DNA of 51,892 nucleotides from Eledone cirrhosa (Eukaryota): NCBI GenBank assembly GCA_964016885.1, contig CAXHJY010001442.1, positions 1 to 51,892 of the forward strand, read 5' to 3'. Shown piece by piece: positions 1 to 12,380 of this stretch (position 1 is its first letter; each line of letters starts with the position of its first letter). The notes under the pieces were generated by a model. It saw only the letters and a program-made list of their open reading frames with translations, ran no database searches and was not told where the DNA came from. The position numbers and the translations under genes were made by a program.

Positions 1-141
1 TTTATGCTAGCGTAAATATATATATATATTTGAAGAGGTTTACGCTAGCGTAAATATATATATATATTTGAAGAGGTTTACGCTAGCGTAAATATATATA
101 TATATTTGAAGAGGTTTACGCTAGCGTAAACCTCTTCAAAT
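1..141. repeat. 38-bp tandem repeat (units start 1, 39, 77, 115) ending in a perfect 38-bp palindrome (104-141)
   Basis: Unit TTTACGCTAGCGTAAA-(TA)n-TTTGAAGAGG; ATTTGAAGAGGTTTACGCT|AGCGTAAACCTCTTCAAAT is self-complementary. Confidence 0.9.
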
Positions 142-390
142 GAAGTTGAAGTTTATCACGGTATGTCGAATATATTTATCTATAAAACTGTTTATTTTGT
201 ATTTTGTCTGATGAAGGCATAGCATATTGTTAATGTGATATCCCCGAAATATATATAATGAAATAAATATGGTTTTATAAATATAGTTTTCCATTTATTT
301 AATATTGCAAATATACTCCAAATATTTGTCGAGTGCTTTTATATCAGTTATAAATATTTACTAGTTGTAACCCAACAATTTTAAATATAA
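123..390 (+). mobile_element. Non-autonomous Penelope-type/pLTR element, family A copy 1, with hammerhead-like core
   Basis: CTGATGA (208-214), hairpin, GAAA (246-249); homologous to reverse complement of 1824-2075 and to 18843-19243; ends at a (TA)n array. Confidence 0.6.
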
Positions 391-393
391 CTT

Positions 394-1812
<1,419 letters not shown>

Positions 1813-1823
1813 GCAAAAGATTT

Positions 1824-2075
1824 ATTTAAAATTGTTGGGTTACAACGAGTAAATATTTTATAACTGATATAAAAGCACTCAACAGTTTTTGGAGTAGGTT
1901 TACGATATTAAACAAATGGAAACTATATTTATAAAACCATATTTATTTCATTATATATATTTCTGGGATATCATATTAAAAATATGGTATGCCTTCCTCA
2001 GACAAAACACAATATATAAGCTGTTTTATAAATGATTTGGACATACCTTAGAATAATGCAACTTCCATTTAAAAA
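1824..2075 (-). mobile_element. Family A copy 2, tail-to-tail with copy 1 across the (TA)n array
   Basis: Reverse complement reads GGTATGTC...CTGAGGAAGGCATACCATAT...ATATGATATCCCAGAAATATATATAATGAAATAAATATGG, matching 161-390. Confidence 0.7.
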
Positions 2076-3271
2076 GTTGATTTGGTAGTGAAACTGTTGA
2101 GGACAGTTATAGAGAAAAAAAGAAGAAGATGGAGAGATGTATGTAAAGAAAAACAACAGAGCGAGATAGAGAGAGAAGGAGATATGGGAGAGGGAAATAT
2201 ATTGAGGAAGTGAAAATATCGTAGGCAGCTTTGGGACAGATGATCCTCGTACAAGTAGAGGTTAGGAGGGAAGGGATACAGTTAAAATAGCCGACAGATA
2301 AATCACGTCCAGTGTAGAGGAGAAAAAGAAAGAAAGATGATATATTTAAAATATATTATGTCTCATCCATTTGAATTATCAATTTTTATGAATTAGGTAT
2401 TATAATGTAAATATCAATATTCATGAATGAGACACATATCCATAATGTGTGAAAAAAAACCCCATGCTTAGTTTAAAAATTCTTAGGTCTATAAGCAAAA
2501 TCTGAGACAAAACTTCAATCATAAGTATATATGCATTCTCATGAAAAAAGAGAAAAGAGAAGGTTATCTCAAATTCAAGTTGATAATTATAGACACACAT
2601 GTGAACTTACGTGATATGCTCCGCATATTCTTATCTTTCATGAAAATCTTCATTGCGTTACAAAAGATTCCACCATACATATATGTACATACATATATAT
2701 ATATATAGACATAAAATATACATTAACATTTATAGTAATATCTATAGTAATATTCCTGCCCTCACTTACATGATTATCGATCAAGCAAAGAATAGACAAC
2801 AGATATCAATATTAAAAATTAGACAACAGATATCAATATTAAAAATTAAAAAACGCCAAGAATATCTTCGTCACTCCACAGAGTATCTAGGGACGTAAGA
2901 GAAGATAGTATGCCACGCATATCAGTCACATAAAACCACCCTTCCAATTTATTTGACAATATGTTGTCAAGTTCATTAGAAGCAATCAGAATCAAAAGCA
3001 AACAAAAACCAAAATTGTTCAACAAACCTTATTTAGCGGAAATCATTCAAAACTTATTCTACAAATGCTCTTATATTTATTATAGAAGTTTATCTAGCTT
3101 AAAAATTTATTCAAAAGATTGGGAACATCGCCAATTTTAGGGTAGTTTAATTAATCTCATTAATTATATATTCATGCAGAAAGGTTTAAAAAAAAATTGA
3201 AGGAATCGAAAGATTAATCGCCAAGTTTCATAAATAGTTAACTATCTTAAGTAAATATACTACATTTTATA

Positions 3272-4525
3272 CTACATTTTAAATTTATATTTATATTTAA
3301 AAGTTGAGTTCAATCTATGTCAGCAGCAGCTGAATAAATTGGTTCGTAAATTAAGGGAATTTTTAGATTTTAGTATAAAGAATATCTCCTCCGTGCAGAG
3401 GTCACATGTCTCAGAAGAGGAATTAAAAGGAATGCCTTTTGAGACTATATTCCAAACCATCGAATATCCAACTTTATCATGTTTAAGTTGCCAGAGTAAG
3501 CCTGATAGTGATGTTGAAGATTTTTTATTTGGATTCGTGAAAGAATTTTTGTGATTATTATAGCGAAGTTTAAATTCTGTCGAGGTGGAACCAACATAAT
3601 TAAAAGAATTTAAGTCAGTTTTAACATTACAGTTGTATATTATATTTTTAACTAAGCAATTGTTATTTAGCGGACATTTAGATCTATCTCTACAGTTACA
3701 GTTGTTTACTTGAATATTGTTTAGGCTATTTTCGGTATTTTGGCAAGGTTTTAGATTCCTATTATTTATTCTATTAATATTTTGTGCTAAATTTTTGGTG
3801 GACGAGTAGGTTAATTTTATAGTATGTCTATTGAAAATTGAGTGATACTTATGTGTTCTAGGGAAGCGTTTGTCAAGAGCATTAAAAAATAGTTTAGCGA
3901 TGTGGGTTTTAATGTTTAGTGAGAAAGGGGGGGCAAACCATATTATATTGCTAGTTCTATTTCTTTTCTGGTTTTTGGAATTATTGTAGTGCTTTCTATT
4001 ATAGTTGTTACTGTAATTAAAATTGTTGTTATTTTGGTTAGTTTGTCTATTATCGATGTACATAATTTTATCACTATATCCTGCTCTAGCTAACGCTTCA
4101 TTATAATACTGGGCTTTTTCGTCAAAAATATTTTTATTGGAAGAGATTCTAGAGATACGTTTTTGAACAGAGTTCACTATAGTATTTTTGACAGATCTGG
4201 GGTGATTGGAGCTAAAATTGACATAATTCAAGTTTTCATTTAACTTGTGAAATGGATAGTGAAGACATGTGTTTAGATTTAATGTTACGTCTAGGAAATT
4301 GACTATTCTATGGTTATTCTCAATTTCTACTTTTAAATTAAGGTAATTAAAAAATTGTATAATTTGTTTTCTTTTTCTATTTAGTTCAGAGTTATTATTT
4401 TCAATAAGTAAAAGTATGTCATCTCTATATAAACCTCCGGTAACACCGGGTATTTTCCTATGCAGCAAATTAATTATAAATAGGCCCACAAGGTCCGTTA
4501 CCTGAGCTGAGTCTGATGATCCCAT
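3272..4525 (-). mobile_element. Penelope-like retroelement, 5'-truncated: C-terminal RT plus GIY-YIG endonuclease
   Basis: MGS motif, GLYRDD, VNFLDVTL, CNC..CPL..NC linker, IIY..YVGST..FKLRYNNH GIY-YIG, CDLC..E..I..LN.R; a TGA at 3320-3322 falls where CRH is expected, and the frame then continues to TAG at 3272. Confidence 0.9.
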
Positions 4526-4534
4526 AGTAATGGG

Positions 4535-4910
<376 letters not shown>

Positions 4911-5105
4911 ACGTTATTCCGGGTTGAAACGGAGGTAACCACAGTAAGTAAGGTACTCAATACATAGCAGAGTATAACAGTTTTAATATAGATGAGATTC
5001 TACAGGACTAGAACTGTTTCATTCATAAGAAATCATCAGGAATCTCCTGATGATTTCTTATGAATGAAACAGTTCTAGTCCTGTAGAATCTCATCTATAT
5101 AAAAA
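4911..5105 (-). mobile_element. Short hammerhead-containing element with inverted (fold-back) 5' end
   Basis: Arms 4981-5040 and 5046-5105 are complementary (1 mismatch); flanked on both sides by (TA)n. Confidence 0.75.
4994..5046 (-). ncRNA. Type I hammerhead ribozyme
   Basis: GAGAUUC-CUGAUGA-U(UUC-UUAU-GAA)U-GAAA-CAG-loop-CUG-UA-GAAUCUC: 7-bp stem I, intact core, GUA cleavage triplet. Confidence 0.85.
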
Positions 5106-5145
5106 TATATTTATATATATATATATATTTATATATATATTTATA

Positions 5146-5178
<33 letters not shown>

Positions 5179-5183
5179 ATATT

Positions 5184-5223
<40 letters not shown>

Positions 5224-5267
5224 TATATATATATATATTTATATATATATATATTTATATATATATA

Positions 5268-5317
<50 letters not shown>

Positions 5318-5441
5318 TTTATATATATTTATATATATATATATTTATATATATATATATTTATATATATATATATTTATATATATTTATATATATTTAT
5401 ATATATATATATTTATATATATATATATTTATATATATTTA

Positions 5442-5474
<33 letters not shown>
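5106..5474. repeat. (TA)n array with TATT interruptions
   Basis: Direct inspection. Confidence 0.97.
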
Positions 5475-5477
<3 letters not shown>

Positions 5478-5917
5478 ATAAAATATAGAGAAAAATACTG
5501 CAGGTAGCACATGGATAACATGTAATAAAATGAGTCCCTCATCAGTGATTTGATGACGATCATAGATATTTCATTGCATTAAAAATCATATACCTCACGT
5601 CGGTGCAATAATAACCAAAATAAGTTATTAGGACAATTGAAACGCGTAAAGCGAGTGAGACAGGAGAACAACAGAGAGTATAGCTAACCGTAGGGGAAAG
5701 AAACAAGCTTCAAAATTATTCTGTTTAGCATAAGCTAGGTGAATATATGAGCGATTTAGAAAAAAGACCTGACACGAACGATGGCCATGTGAGAAGAGAG
5801 AAAAATAGCCTTCGTGGTGTACAGGATGAAATGAAGAGAGGAGAAACAGTGAGTGAGTGAAAGTGTGAGGAAGAGTTAACTGACATGACAGAGGGGGCGA
5901 AAGAAGGTAGGAGAAAC

Positions 5918-5954
<37 letters not shown>

Positions 5955-5956
5955 TT

Positions 5957-5989
<33 letters not shown>

Positions 5990-6218
5990 ATTTAAACAAT
6001 TAAGTTAAAAATGTACATCCACATATGTATACTGAAATACTAGTATGCATATGAATACACACACGTGTACATACGTAGATGTACCGAGTTTTTCACTGGT
6101 CACTTTACTGTGAGTGTCCAGCTATTCTGTATGTAAACACACAGACAAACCGGTTTTTAGAGTCATACTGGTTTTTGAGGAAACACCTTTCCTCTATTCT
6201 CCAGAAAGCCAGACAAGG

Positions 6219-6263
6219 AATATTGGACTAGTTTCGATGTTGTTACATCTCATCAGCAATATT
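6219..6263 (-). ncRNA. Minimal type I hammerhead ribozyme (copy 1)
   Basis: AAUAUUG-CUGAUGA-GAUGU-AACA-ACAUC-GAAA-CUAG-UC-CAAUAUU: 7-bp stem I, 5-bp stem II, palindromic minimal stem III, GUC triplet. Confidence 0.9.
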
Positions 6264-6684
6264 TACCTATCTTCCGGCCTTTCTAGAGAATCGTAAAAGC
6301 ACATATCGTTATATGCCTTTTCTATGAAAATTAGTAGTGGGCAGACTAATTTGCATAGAGCGTGAGTACATACTGGTTCAACGGAGACGATAAACACAAA
6401 TAACGAAACGAAATTAAATTTCGTTTCGTTTGTAACTCACTTTTGTATGACTGACACTTAAACAATTAAGTTAAAAATGTACATCCACATATGTATACTG
6501 AAATACTAGTATGCATATGAATACACACACGTGTACATATGTAGATGTACCGAGTTTTTCACTGGTCACTTTACTGTGAGTGTCCAGCTATTCTGTATGT
6601 AAACACACAGACAAACCGGTTTTTAGAGTCATACTGGTTTTTGAGGAAACACCTTTCCTCTATTCTCCAGAAAGCCAGACAAGG

Positions 6685-6729
6685 AATATTGGACTAGTTT
6701 CGATGTTGTTACATCTCATCAGCAATATT
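6685..6729 (-). ncRNA. Minimal type I hammerhead ribozyme (copy 2)
   Basis: Identical to 6219-6263, 466 nt away, same orientation. Confidence 0.9.
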
Positions 6730-6979
6730 TACCTATCTGGTAGATAGGTAAATTCATTTGTATCTTCTCTACTAATGTATTGAGTACCATATTTAACTGT
6801 AGTTCCCGTCTGACCCTCTTTGGGGAAAAAAAACACCTGCTTAATTACATATAGGTGTGCTTCTAGTAGTAGTAGTAATATTAGTTGTTGCTGTTGCTGT
6901 TGGTGGTGGTGGTGGGGTTGTTTGTGTAGCTTTCCTTTAAAAAGTCTAACATTTTTTTTTATTTTAATGACTATTGAAG

Positions 6980-7129
6980 CTCCAAGAATATTCTGCATCT
7001 ACAATGGCTACAAATATAAAATCTCTGAGAAATTTCCAGCATCCGATGGCTGCAGTAAATGTTCGTGTAGGGAGCTGGGCCTAGTCACTTGTGTCAAGAG
7101 TATTTGCACTAAAATAAGGAAAAAACGAG
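6980..7129 (+). CDS. Exon A of multi-module six-cysteine (pacifastin/VWC N-subdomain-like) protein
   Basis: AG at 6978-6979, GTAAGT at 7130; 150 nt, phase 1-1; CIYNGYKYKISEKFPASDGCSKCSCRELGLVTCVKSIC then RKKR. Confidence 0.85.
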
Positions 7130-7459
7130 GTAAGTTGTTCAACCTGCTAACTCAGTTTGTGTATCTGTGTTTGTGCCTGTCTTAGTGAGTGTGTTAAGAT
7201 GAATATTTCTGTCATTCCCCCTCTCTCTCAGCCCCCTCTCTCTATATCATCAGGTGCACCTGGGATTGGTCCAGTGCAATGCCTTTCTTCACTTAAAACA
7301 ATTTCAAGCACAGGCATCACTTAATCTAAACAACTTTCACGTGTGTTGCATGGCCTTTCCTTTTTACATTATACAGAAAAGAATCTAAGCCCTTGGAAGG
7401 GCTAAAATGTTATGTTTGTGCCACCCATGTATGAGAAAAAGGTCAAGGGATGGCAATTC

Positions 7460-8736
7460 TCAAAATGGTCAAAATATATGTGTCTGTGTTGAGAGAGGAA
7501 GGGTTCAGTCAGAGACCACACAACATTGTACCCCAATCCATTATTTTCTCTCTCTGTTGTGTTTCTTTCCTGTGTAAACATCAAAGTTTGCACAGTAGCC
7601 TGTGTCCGATTCACAGAGTTCCCACACCTTGATGCCCCATTTGGTGGGTTTAGCTGGCATATATTGTCTGAAATGTACTCTACCCTTATACCCAATCATA
7701 GCTTCATCAACATTAAGATTTTTCCCAGGTATATATATAATCATCATCATCATCATCATTTTACGTCCGCTTTTCCCTGCTTGCAATGCGGGACGGGTCC
7801 TATTCAGCACAATTTAAAATTTTTCATATAGCATTTTAATTAATGGTCGAACTTTATACAGAGGGTCATAATTCAGTTAATTTCTACCGGGGGCATTTGA
7901 AGTATCAACCAGGTGCAAATACTGGTTTAATTTTGAATACCTTTTTTTTGCCATAATACTTGATATATAAGGGTCACTAAACCTTATATCAGTGCTCCAG
8001 TATTTCCACAGTCTTGGAAATTGTTTTATACCAAACGTAATATTTATGGTAAAAAACGCTTGCATCTCCGCAGTATCTGTTGGTCGCCATAACAGATCGG
8101 GTTTCCTTCGATTTGAAACCTGTTGTTGGGCATATCGGTTAGTCTCTTTTGCCACAACTTTGAAGAAAGTTTGTGGCAAAAGCAAAAAGAAATAATCTAG
8201 TGCTTTAGCATCGGGAGGTAATGTGTGTTGTGGACCAGTATTTTCAATAAAATTGGGAACATGTATAGGTGTGGTATTTTTCGACCATGTTGCTGTAATA
8301 TCTTCAATGGCGTCCTGGAGATCTCCTTCGTTTTCACTTTCAAAACAACAATCAGCATCGGATGAAATTTCAGAAATGTAAACATCTGATTCATTTGAGG
8401 ATAAATCACTAATATAATCTTTTGTTTCTTGTTCATTTTGAATGTCGTCGTGTGTAAAACCTTCAAAATCGGTATCACTACTTTCATAAACCATGTTGAT
8501 ACACACAAAAATTCTGTTCTACTTTCAACGTTAAAAAAACACGTGTTGTTTCAAGTTGTTTCGTGTTAATTTTCGCGGTAAGGGCCTAATCTCGCAGTAA
8601 TCTCAAATTGACGAGATTTTGATGACAGTATTGTTTATTTTTAAAACAATATTTTAGTGTGGGTGTTATTGGCCGTTTTCGGCCGGATTGAACAAATGAA
8701 GGGGAAATACTTGCGGCCGGTTTGAACACTAAAGGG
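7460..8736 (-). mobile_element. piggyBac (PGBD4-like) transposon, degenerate and 3'-truncated
   Basis: Terminus CCCTTTAG next to TTAA (8737-8740); acidic N-terminus, ETNRYA, VDEAMIGYKGR..RQYMPAKPTKWGIKVW..CES.TGY, HIYFD; stops and a small insertion. Confidence 0.88.
7739..7805 (-). mobile_element. Short RTE/SINE 3'-end fragment with (GAT)n tail inserted in the piggyBac ORF
   Basis: (CAT)n-TTTTACGTCCGCTTTTCC resembles the RTE 3' termini at 41682-41730. Confidence 0.65.
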
Positions 8737-8771
8737 TTAAACAAGTAGAAGTGGGAAATTCCATGCAATAA

Positions 8772-9371
8772 TCTATATATCTAAAACAGAGAATGTCTGT
8801 CTGTCTGTCCGATTACTAAAACTTGAGAACCACTCAACCGATTGTTTTCAAACTTTACACATGTAATACTTATGGTCCTGTGAGTGTTTTGAGCAAAACA
8901 AATTTCAAATTTTCAATGCCTAGGGACCGCATTAGGCGATTTAGCGATCTCTCTCTCTTAGTCTTTCTTTTTTTAGATAGATACATAGATATAATGTTGC
9001 GCCCTTATAATATCTGTCTGTATGCCTGGCTGTCTGCATTATGCCATTATGACGTAGCTGTGTGTGTGTGTATATATGTATATATATAGTGTGTAACGTT
9101 TATTGAAATATTTACTTCTGCGTTCACAGATTGATTTTTTTAGTTTCAGAAGATCCTGTTAAGGGTGAAAGCAGCGATTCTTTGCTTTAATCTGTTATTT
9201 TAATATATATATATATATATAATTATATATTTGTGTACAGATATTTTTGCATACACAATAACAAAATATAAACAAACGTATTTACTTCATGAGGCTCGAT
9301 AAGAATAAATATATATCAAATATATAAGAACCCAAGAGCAAATCCCGAGCAACACTGGGCCACTCTGCTAG
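8772..9371 (+). mobile_element. Non-autonomous Helitron-like element (600 bp)
   Basis: Starts A|TC, (TGTC)n near 5' end, subterminal GC hairpin CCCGAGCAACACTGGG, ends CTAG|T, no TSD. Confidence 0.75.
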
Positions 9372-9496
9372 TAGATAAATAAAACATGAATATCAAAGTT
9401 CGCTATTTCATCGACTATTGAAATAATTTATCATCAAACATAATTGTTCCAGTTTTACATTGTTTCTCTGGGGATGGATTTTTATTATTCTTATAG

Positions 9497-9676
9497 CAAT
9501 GAAACGTTTTCATCCTAATGCAAAGAAGATGTACTTGTCTGATACATGCACCTACAATAATGTTATTTATAAAATTGGTGTCAGATTTGTGTCTCAGAAT
9601 GGCTGTGATATGTGTTATTGTATGGTTTCTAAAGAAGTCATGTGCACAATGAGAACCTGCAATAAGAAACAGAAAG
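9497..9676 (+). CDS. Exon B of six-cysteine module protein
   Basis: TTCTTATAG acceptor, GTGAGT donor; 180 nt, phase 1-1; CTYNNVIYKIGVRFVSQNGCDMCYCMVSKEVMCTMRTC. Confidence 0.88.
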
Positions 9677-9952
9677 GTGAGTGTGCTTTTATCTGTTAGT
9701 GTTATTGGATGATATTCAGCATTTCTTATTAATATAATTCAATGCAAAATAGCAAAGTCATTATAATTAGTACCGCTTCTTTTGAGGTACACTTACTGGG
9801 CATTGAATCATATAAAATGTTTACATGTCTTTTTATGTGATCTCAGAAGCATGTGTAGATGATATATACGAGATGATTAAACTAAATATTACTTAGAAGA
9901 GAAGGTAGGGATTTCCAATCCATATTAAATTTGTATAAAATGATTCTTTCAG

Positions 9953-10117
9953 AAAATACAGCAGAAATGAACACACCTCAAATATGTCGCTACAATGGAC
10001 AAATATTTGTAGATGGGGACACATTCTTAGCTATAGATAACTGCAATCAATGCAGTTGTCACACAGAAGGGAAGATATCATGTTCCACAGCGCCATGCGT
10101 TACCACAACAGTTGAAG
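9953..10117 (+). CDS. Exon C of six-cysteine module protein
   Basis: TTCTTTCAG acceptor, GTAATA donor; 165 nt, phase 1-1; CRYNGQIFVDGDTFLAIDNCNQCSCHTEGKISCSTAPC. Confidence 0.88.
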
Positions 10118-10393
10118 GTAATACTAAAATATGTTTTTAAAACAAAATGTACTAAGTTATATGTTTACATCTAAATTATGTTTACATCAGAATTATATGT
10201 TTACATCTAAACAAAAATAGAACAAAGGAAAGAGCCACATTTGTTTATGACTGGTCATGAATTTTGCAACCATGACTGACTAACACAAGATTTCCGTCTT
10301 TGAGGTACAGGCCTTGACCGAGTGTTTTGTAGAAGATTAGCAGTTGCTCATCCACACAACTGATGTTATCCAAGGAATAGGGAAAGCCAGATA

Positions 10394-11676
10394 TGAGGGT
10401 TAGCTGAAAAGTTCATAGGCTGACCAAAATACTCTCATGGAATGTGATCAAAGGAAGTTTATTTTTCAACATAGTCCCTCTTGTGGTCCACACACTTCTT
10501 CCATCTATGTTGTAGTGCTAGAATCCCATTGGTGAAGAACATTTCATTCTCTTGGTAAAAAAAGTCATCAACAGCAGATATGACATCATTATCACTGCGA
10601 TATTGGTTCCCAGCCAAGTATATTTTCATGTTGGGGAACAGATGATAGTCAGATGGGGCTAAATCAGGAGAATAGGAAAGGTGATGAACTATTTCAGTCA
10701 CAGTCATGCACAACAGCCATTGAAACCAAGGATTAGTGTACTGAAGCATTGTCCTGATGAAACAGTTTACCTGGGTGTTTGGTCTTGATAGCCTTTTGTA
10801 ACTGCCTCAGCAAGTTGGCATATTGTTTACATCTAAACGAAAGTAAGTATAAATAGTGTGGCCTTTTTGAAGATAGTCAATAAACACAATGCCTTTTGCA
10901 TCCAAAAAATCATCTGAGGCCATCACTTTTCCTGCAGATGAAACAACCTTAGCCTTCTTTGGAGCAGGTGAGTAGGTGTGTTTCCACTGCATGGATTGTC
11001 TCTTTGTCTCTGGCTCAAAGTGATGAACCCAACACCCATCCTGGGTTAGGAAAAGTTCAAGGAAACCAGCTGGATCTGCCTTAAACAATGTCAGATTTTC
11101 TCATGATATGATCAGCCTGGTGCACTTTTGATCTGGTGTCAGAAGACGTTACACCCACCAAGCAGAAACCTTAGTCATGCCAAGTTCATTGTGCATAATA
11201 TTCTCAAGTTTCTCACAAGATATTATAATAGCATTAGCTATTTGATTTATAATCAATCGCCTGCCAGCCGTCATCATGTGGTGAACACGATCAGTGCTTT
11301 CCTCTGTGGTGGCAGTAGCAGGATGTTCATACGTTGGGTCATCTTCAAGACTCTCCCTTCCTCTTCTTAAATTCAGCTGCCCACTTTTGCACTGTTGATA
11401 AAGCTGGAGCATCATCTTCTAATGTAGGAACCATGTCAACATGAAAGTCATTTTTTTGCAGGTACTTGATAACACTACAATGCCAAACTTTGTCCATTTT
11501 CAAGAGAAGTTGCTACTGGTTATTTTTGAAGTCTTCTTTCAACAGTCAGGTGTCAGTTTACTTGGAAAGAAACAATGCAATTATTATTAAGAAGACTTGA
11601 AATTAATGCATACAAGATTTCAGAGGCCTAGCATCAGTCCTTCATAGTCAGTCTATGAACTTTTCAGTCACCCTCA
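10394..11676 (-). mobile_element. Full-length (1283 bp) mariner element with pseudogenised D,D34D transposase (ATG 11497 to stop 10459)
   Basis: TIRs TGAGGGTTAGCTGAAAAGTTCATAGGCTGAC / GTCAGTCTATGAACTTTTCAGTCACCCTCA, TA duplication; SAWWV, TQDGCWVHHFEP, YSPDLAPSDYHLF motifs; frameshifts. Confidence 0.93.
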
Positions 11677-11785
11677 TATAGCTTGACACTAATGTCATTG
11701 TAACTCATTTCTTCCCAGCTGTAATGTTCTATGCAGCCCAGGAATGTTATGAGCTAATATTTATACAGCTAATATTTGTACAGTG

Positions 11786-11894
11786 AGAAACAAAGTTAAT
11801 TTCAGCAGGATTTGAACTTAGAGAGGAGAGAGCCAGAATGAATACAGCAAAGCATTCTATCCAGTGTTCTAATGAATCTGCCAATTTGTTGCCT
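11786..11894 (-). mobile_element. tRNA-derived SINE head, octopus-type, degenerate
   Basis: Reverse complement GGC..TGGCAGA..CATTAG..A-box-like ...GTTCAAATCC B-box ...AACTTTG; resembles my recollection of cephalopod SINE heads. Confidence 0.6.
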
Positions 11895-12182
11895 CTTTAC
11901 TGTCTTTACATACTAACAAATCTGATATACTATAGTGGAGAATAATATTAGGTTTGATACAGAGGCAATATTAGTGAAACAAATCTTTTGACATATAAAT
12001 GATAAAATCAAATTGCACTTTTAAAATTGTACTTTTTAAAAATGTTTGTGGTATTATATTGCTAAGATGAATGTTTTGTGTTCTTGAGCAAAACACTTTA
12101 TTTCACATTGCTCTTGTCTACTTAGTTAGAAAAATTGAGTTGTACCTATAAATCAATGGGCAAGCTTTGTTACTGTGTTATT

Positions 12183-12380
12183 CATCATCATCAGTTTACA
12201 TCCACTTTCCACACTAGCATAGGTTGGATAGGATATCACCGTCTAATACCAGACAGGTCAGATTGATTCATCTTGTTCAAATGCTCCATATTTGGCATGG
12301 TTTTTATGGCTAGAGGCTCTTCCTAATGTCAACCACCTTACATAGTGGACTGGCTTTCATTTTTTCCTGGCACTGACATT
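12183..12380 (-). mobile_element. Degenerate RTE-type/SINE 3' end with (GAT)n tail
   Basis: (CAT)n-..TCCACTTTCCACACTAGCATAGGTTGGA..CTTCCTAATGTCAACCAC, similar to 41682-41830. Confidence 0.6.

Larger units (their letters stand above)
5992..6753 (-). mobile_element. Retrozyme-like non-coding element: 466-bp unit in 1.6 tandem copies, two hammerheads, terminal fold-back
   Basis: 5992-6272 is repeated at 6458-6738 (offset 466); many internal hairpins; 12-bp inverted repeat at 6727-6738/6742-6753; other end abuts (TA)n. Confidence 0.75.

Noticed and set aside
1-141. CRISPR-like repeat with palindromic unit
   Set aside because: Spacers are identical, there are no cas genes, and the context is eukaryotic
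2792-2847. 28-bp tandem duplication in the Penelope 3' region
   Set aside because: Ordinary slippage duplication; no hammerhead found in this pLTR region
5525-5550. CTGATGA on the minus strand as a hammerhead
   Set aside because: No stem II partner or GAAA follows
6820-6979. CCCCCWWWWWG N-terminal part of ORF 6820-7185
   Set aside because: Trinucleotide microsatellite in intron sequence upstream of the 6980 acceptor
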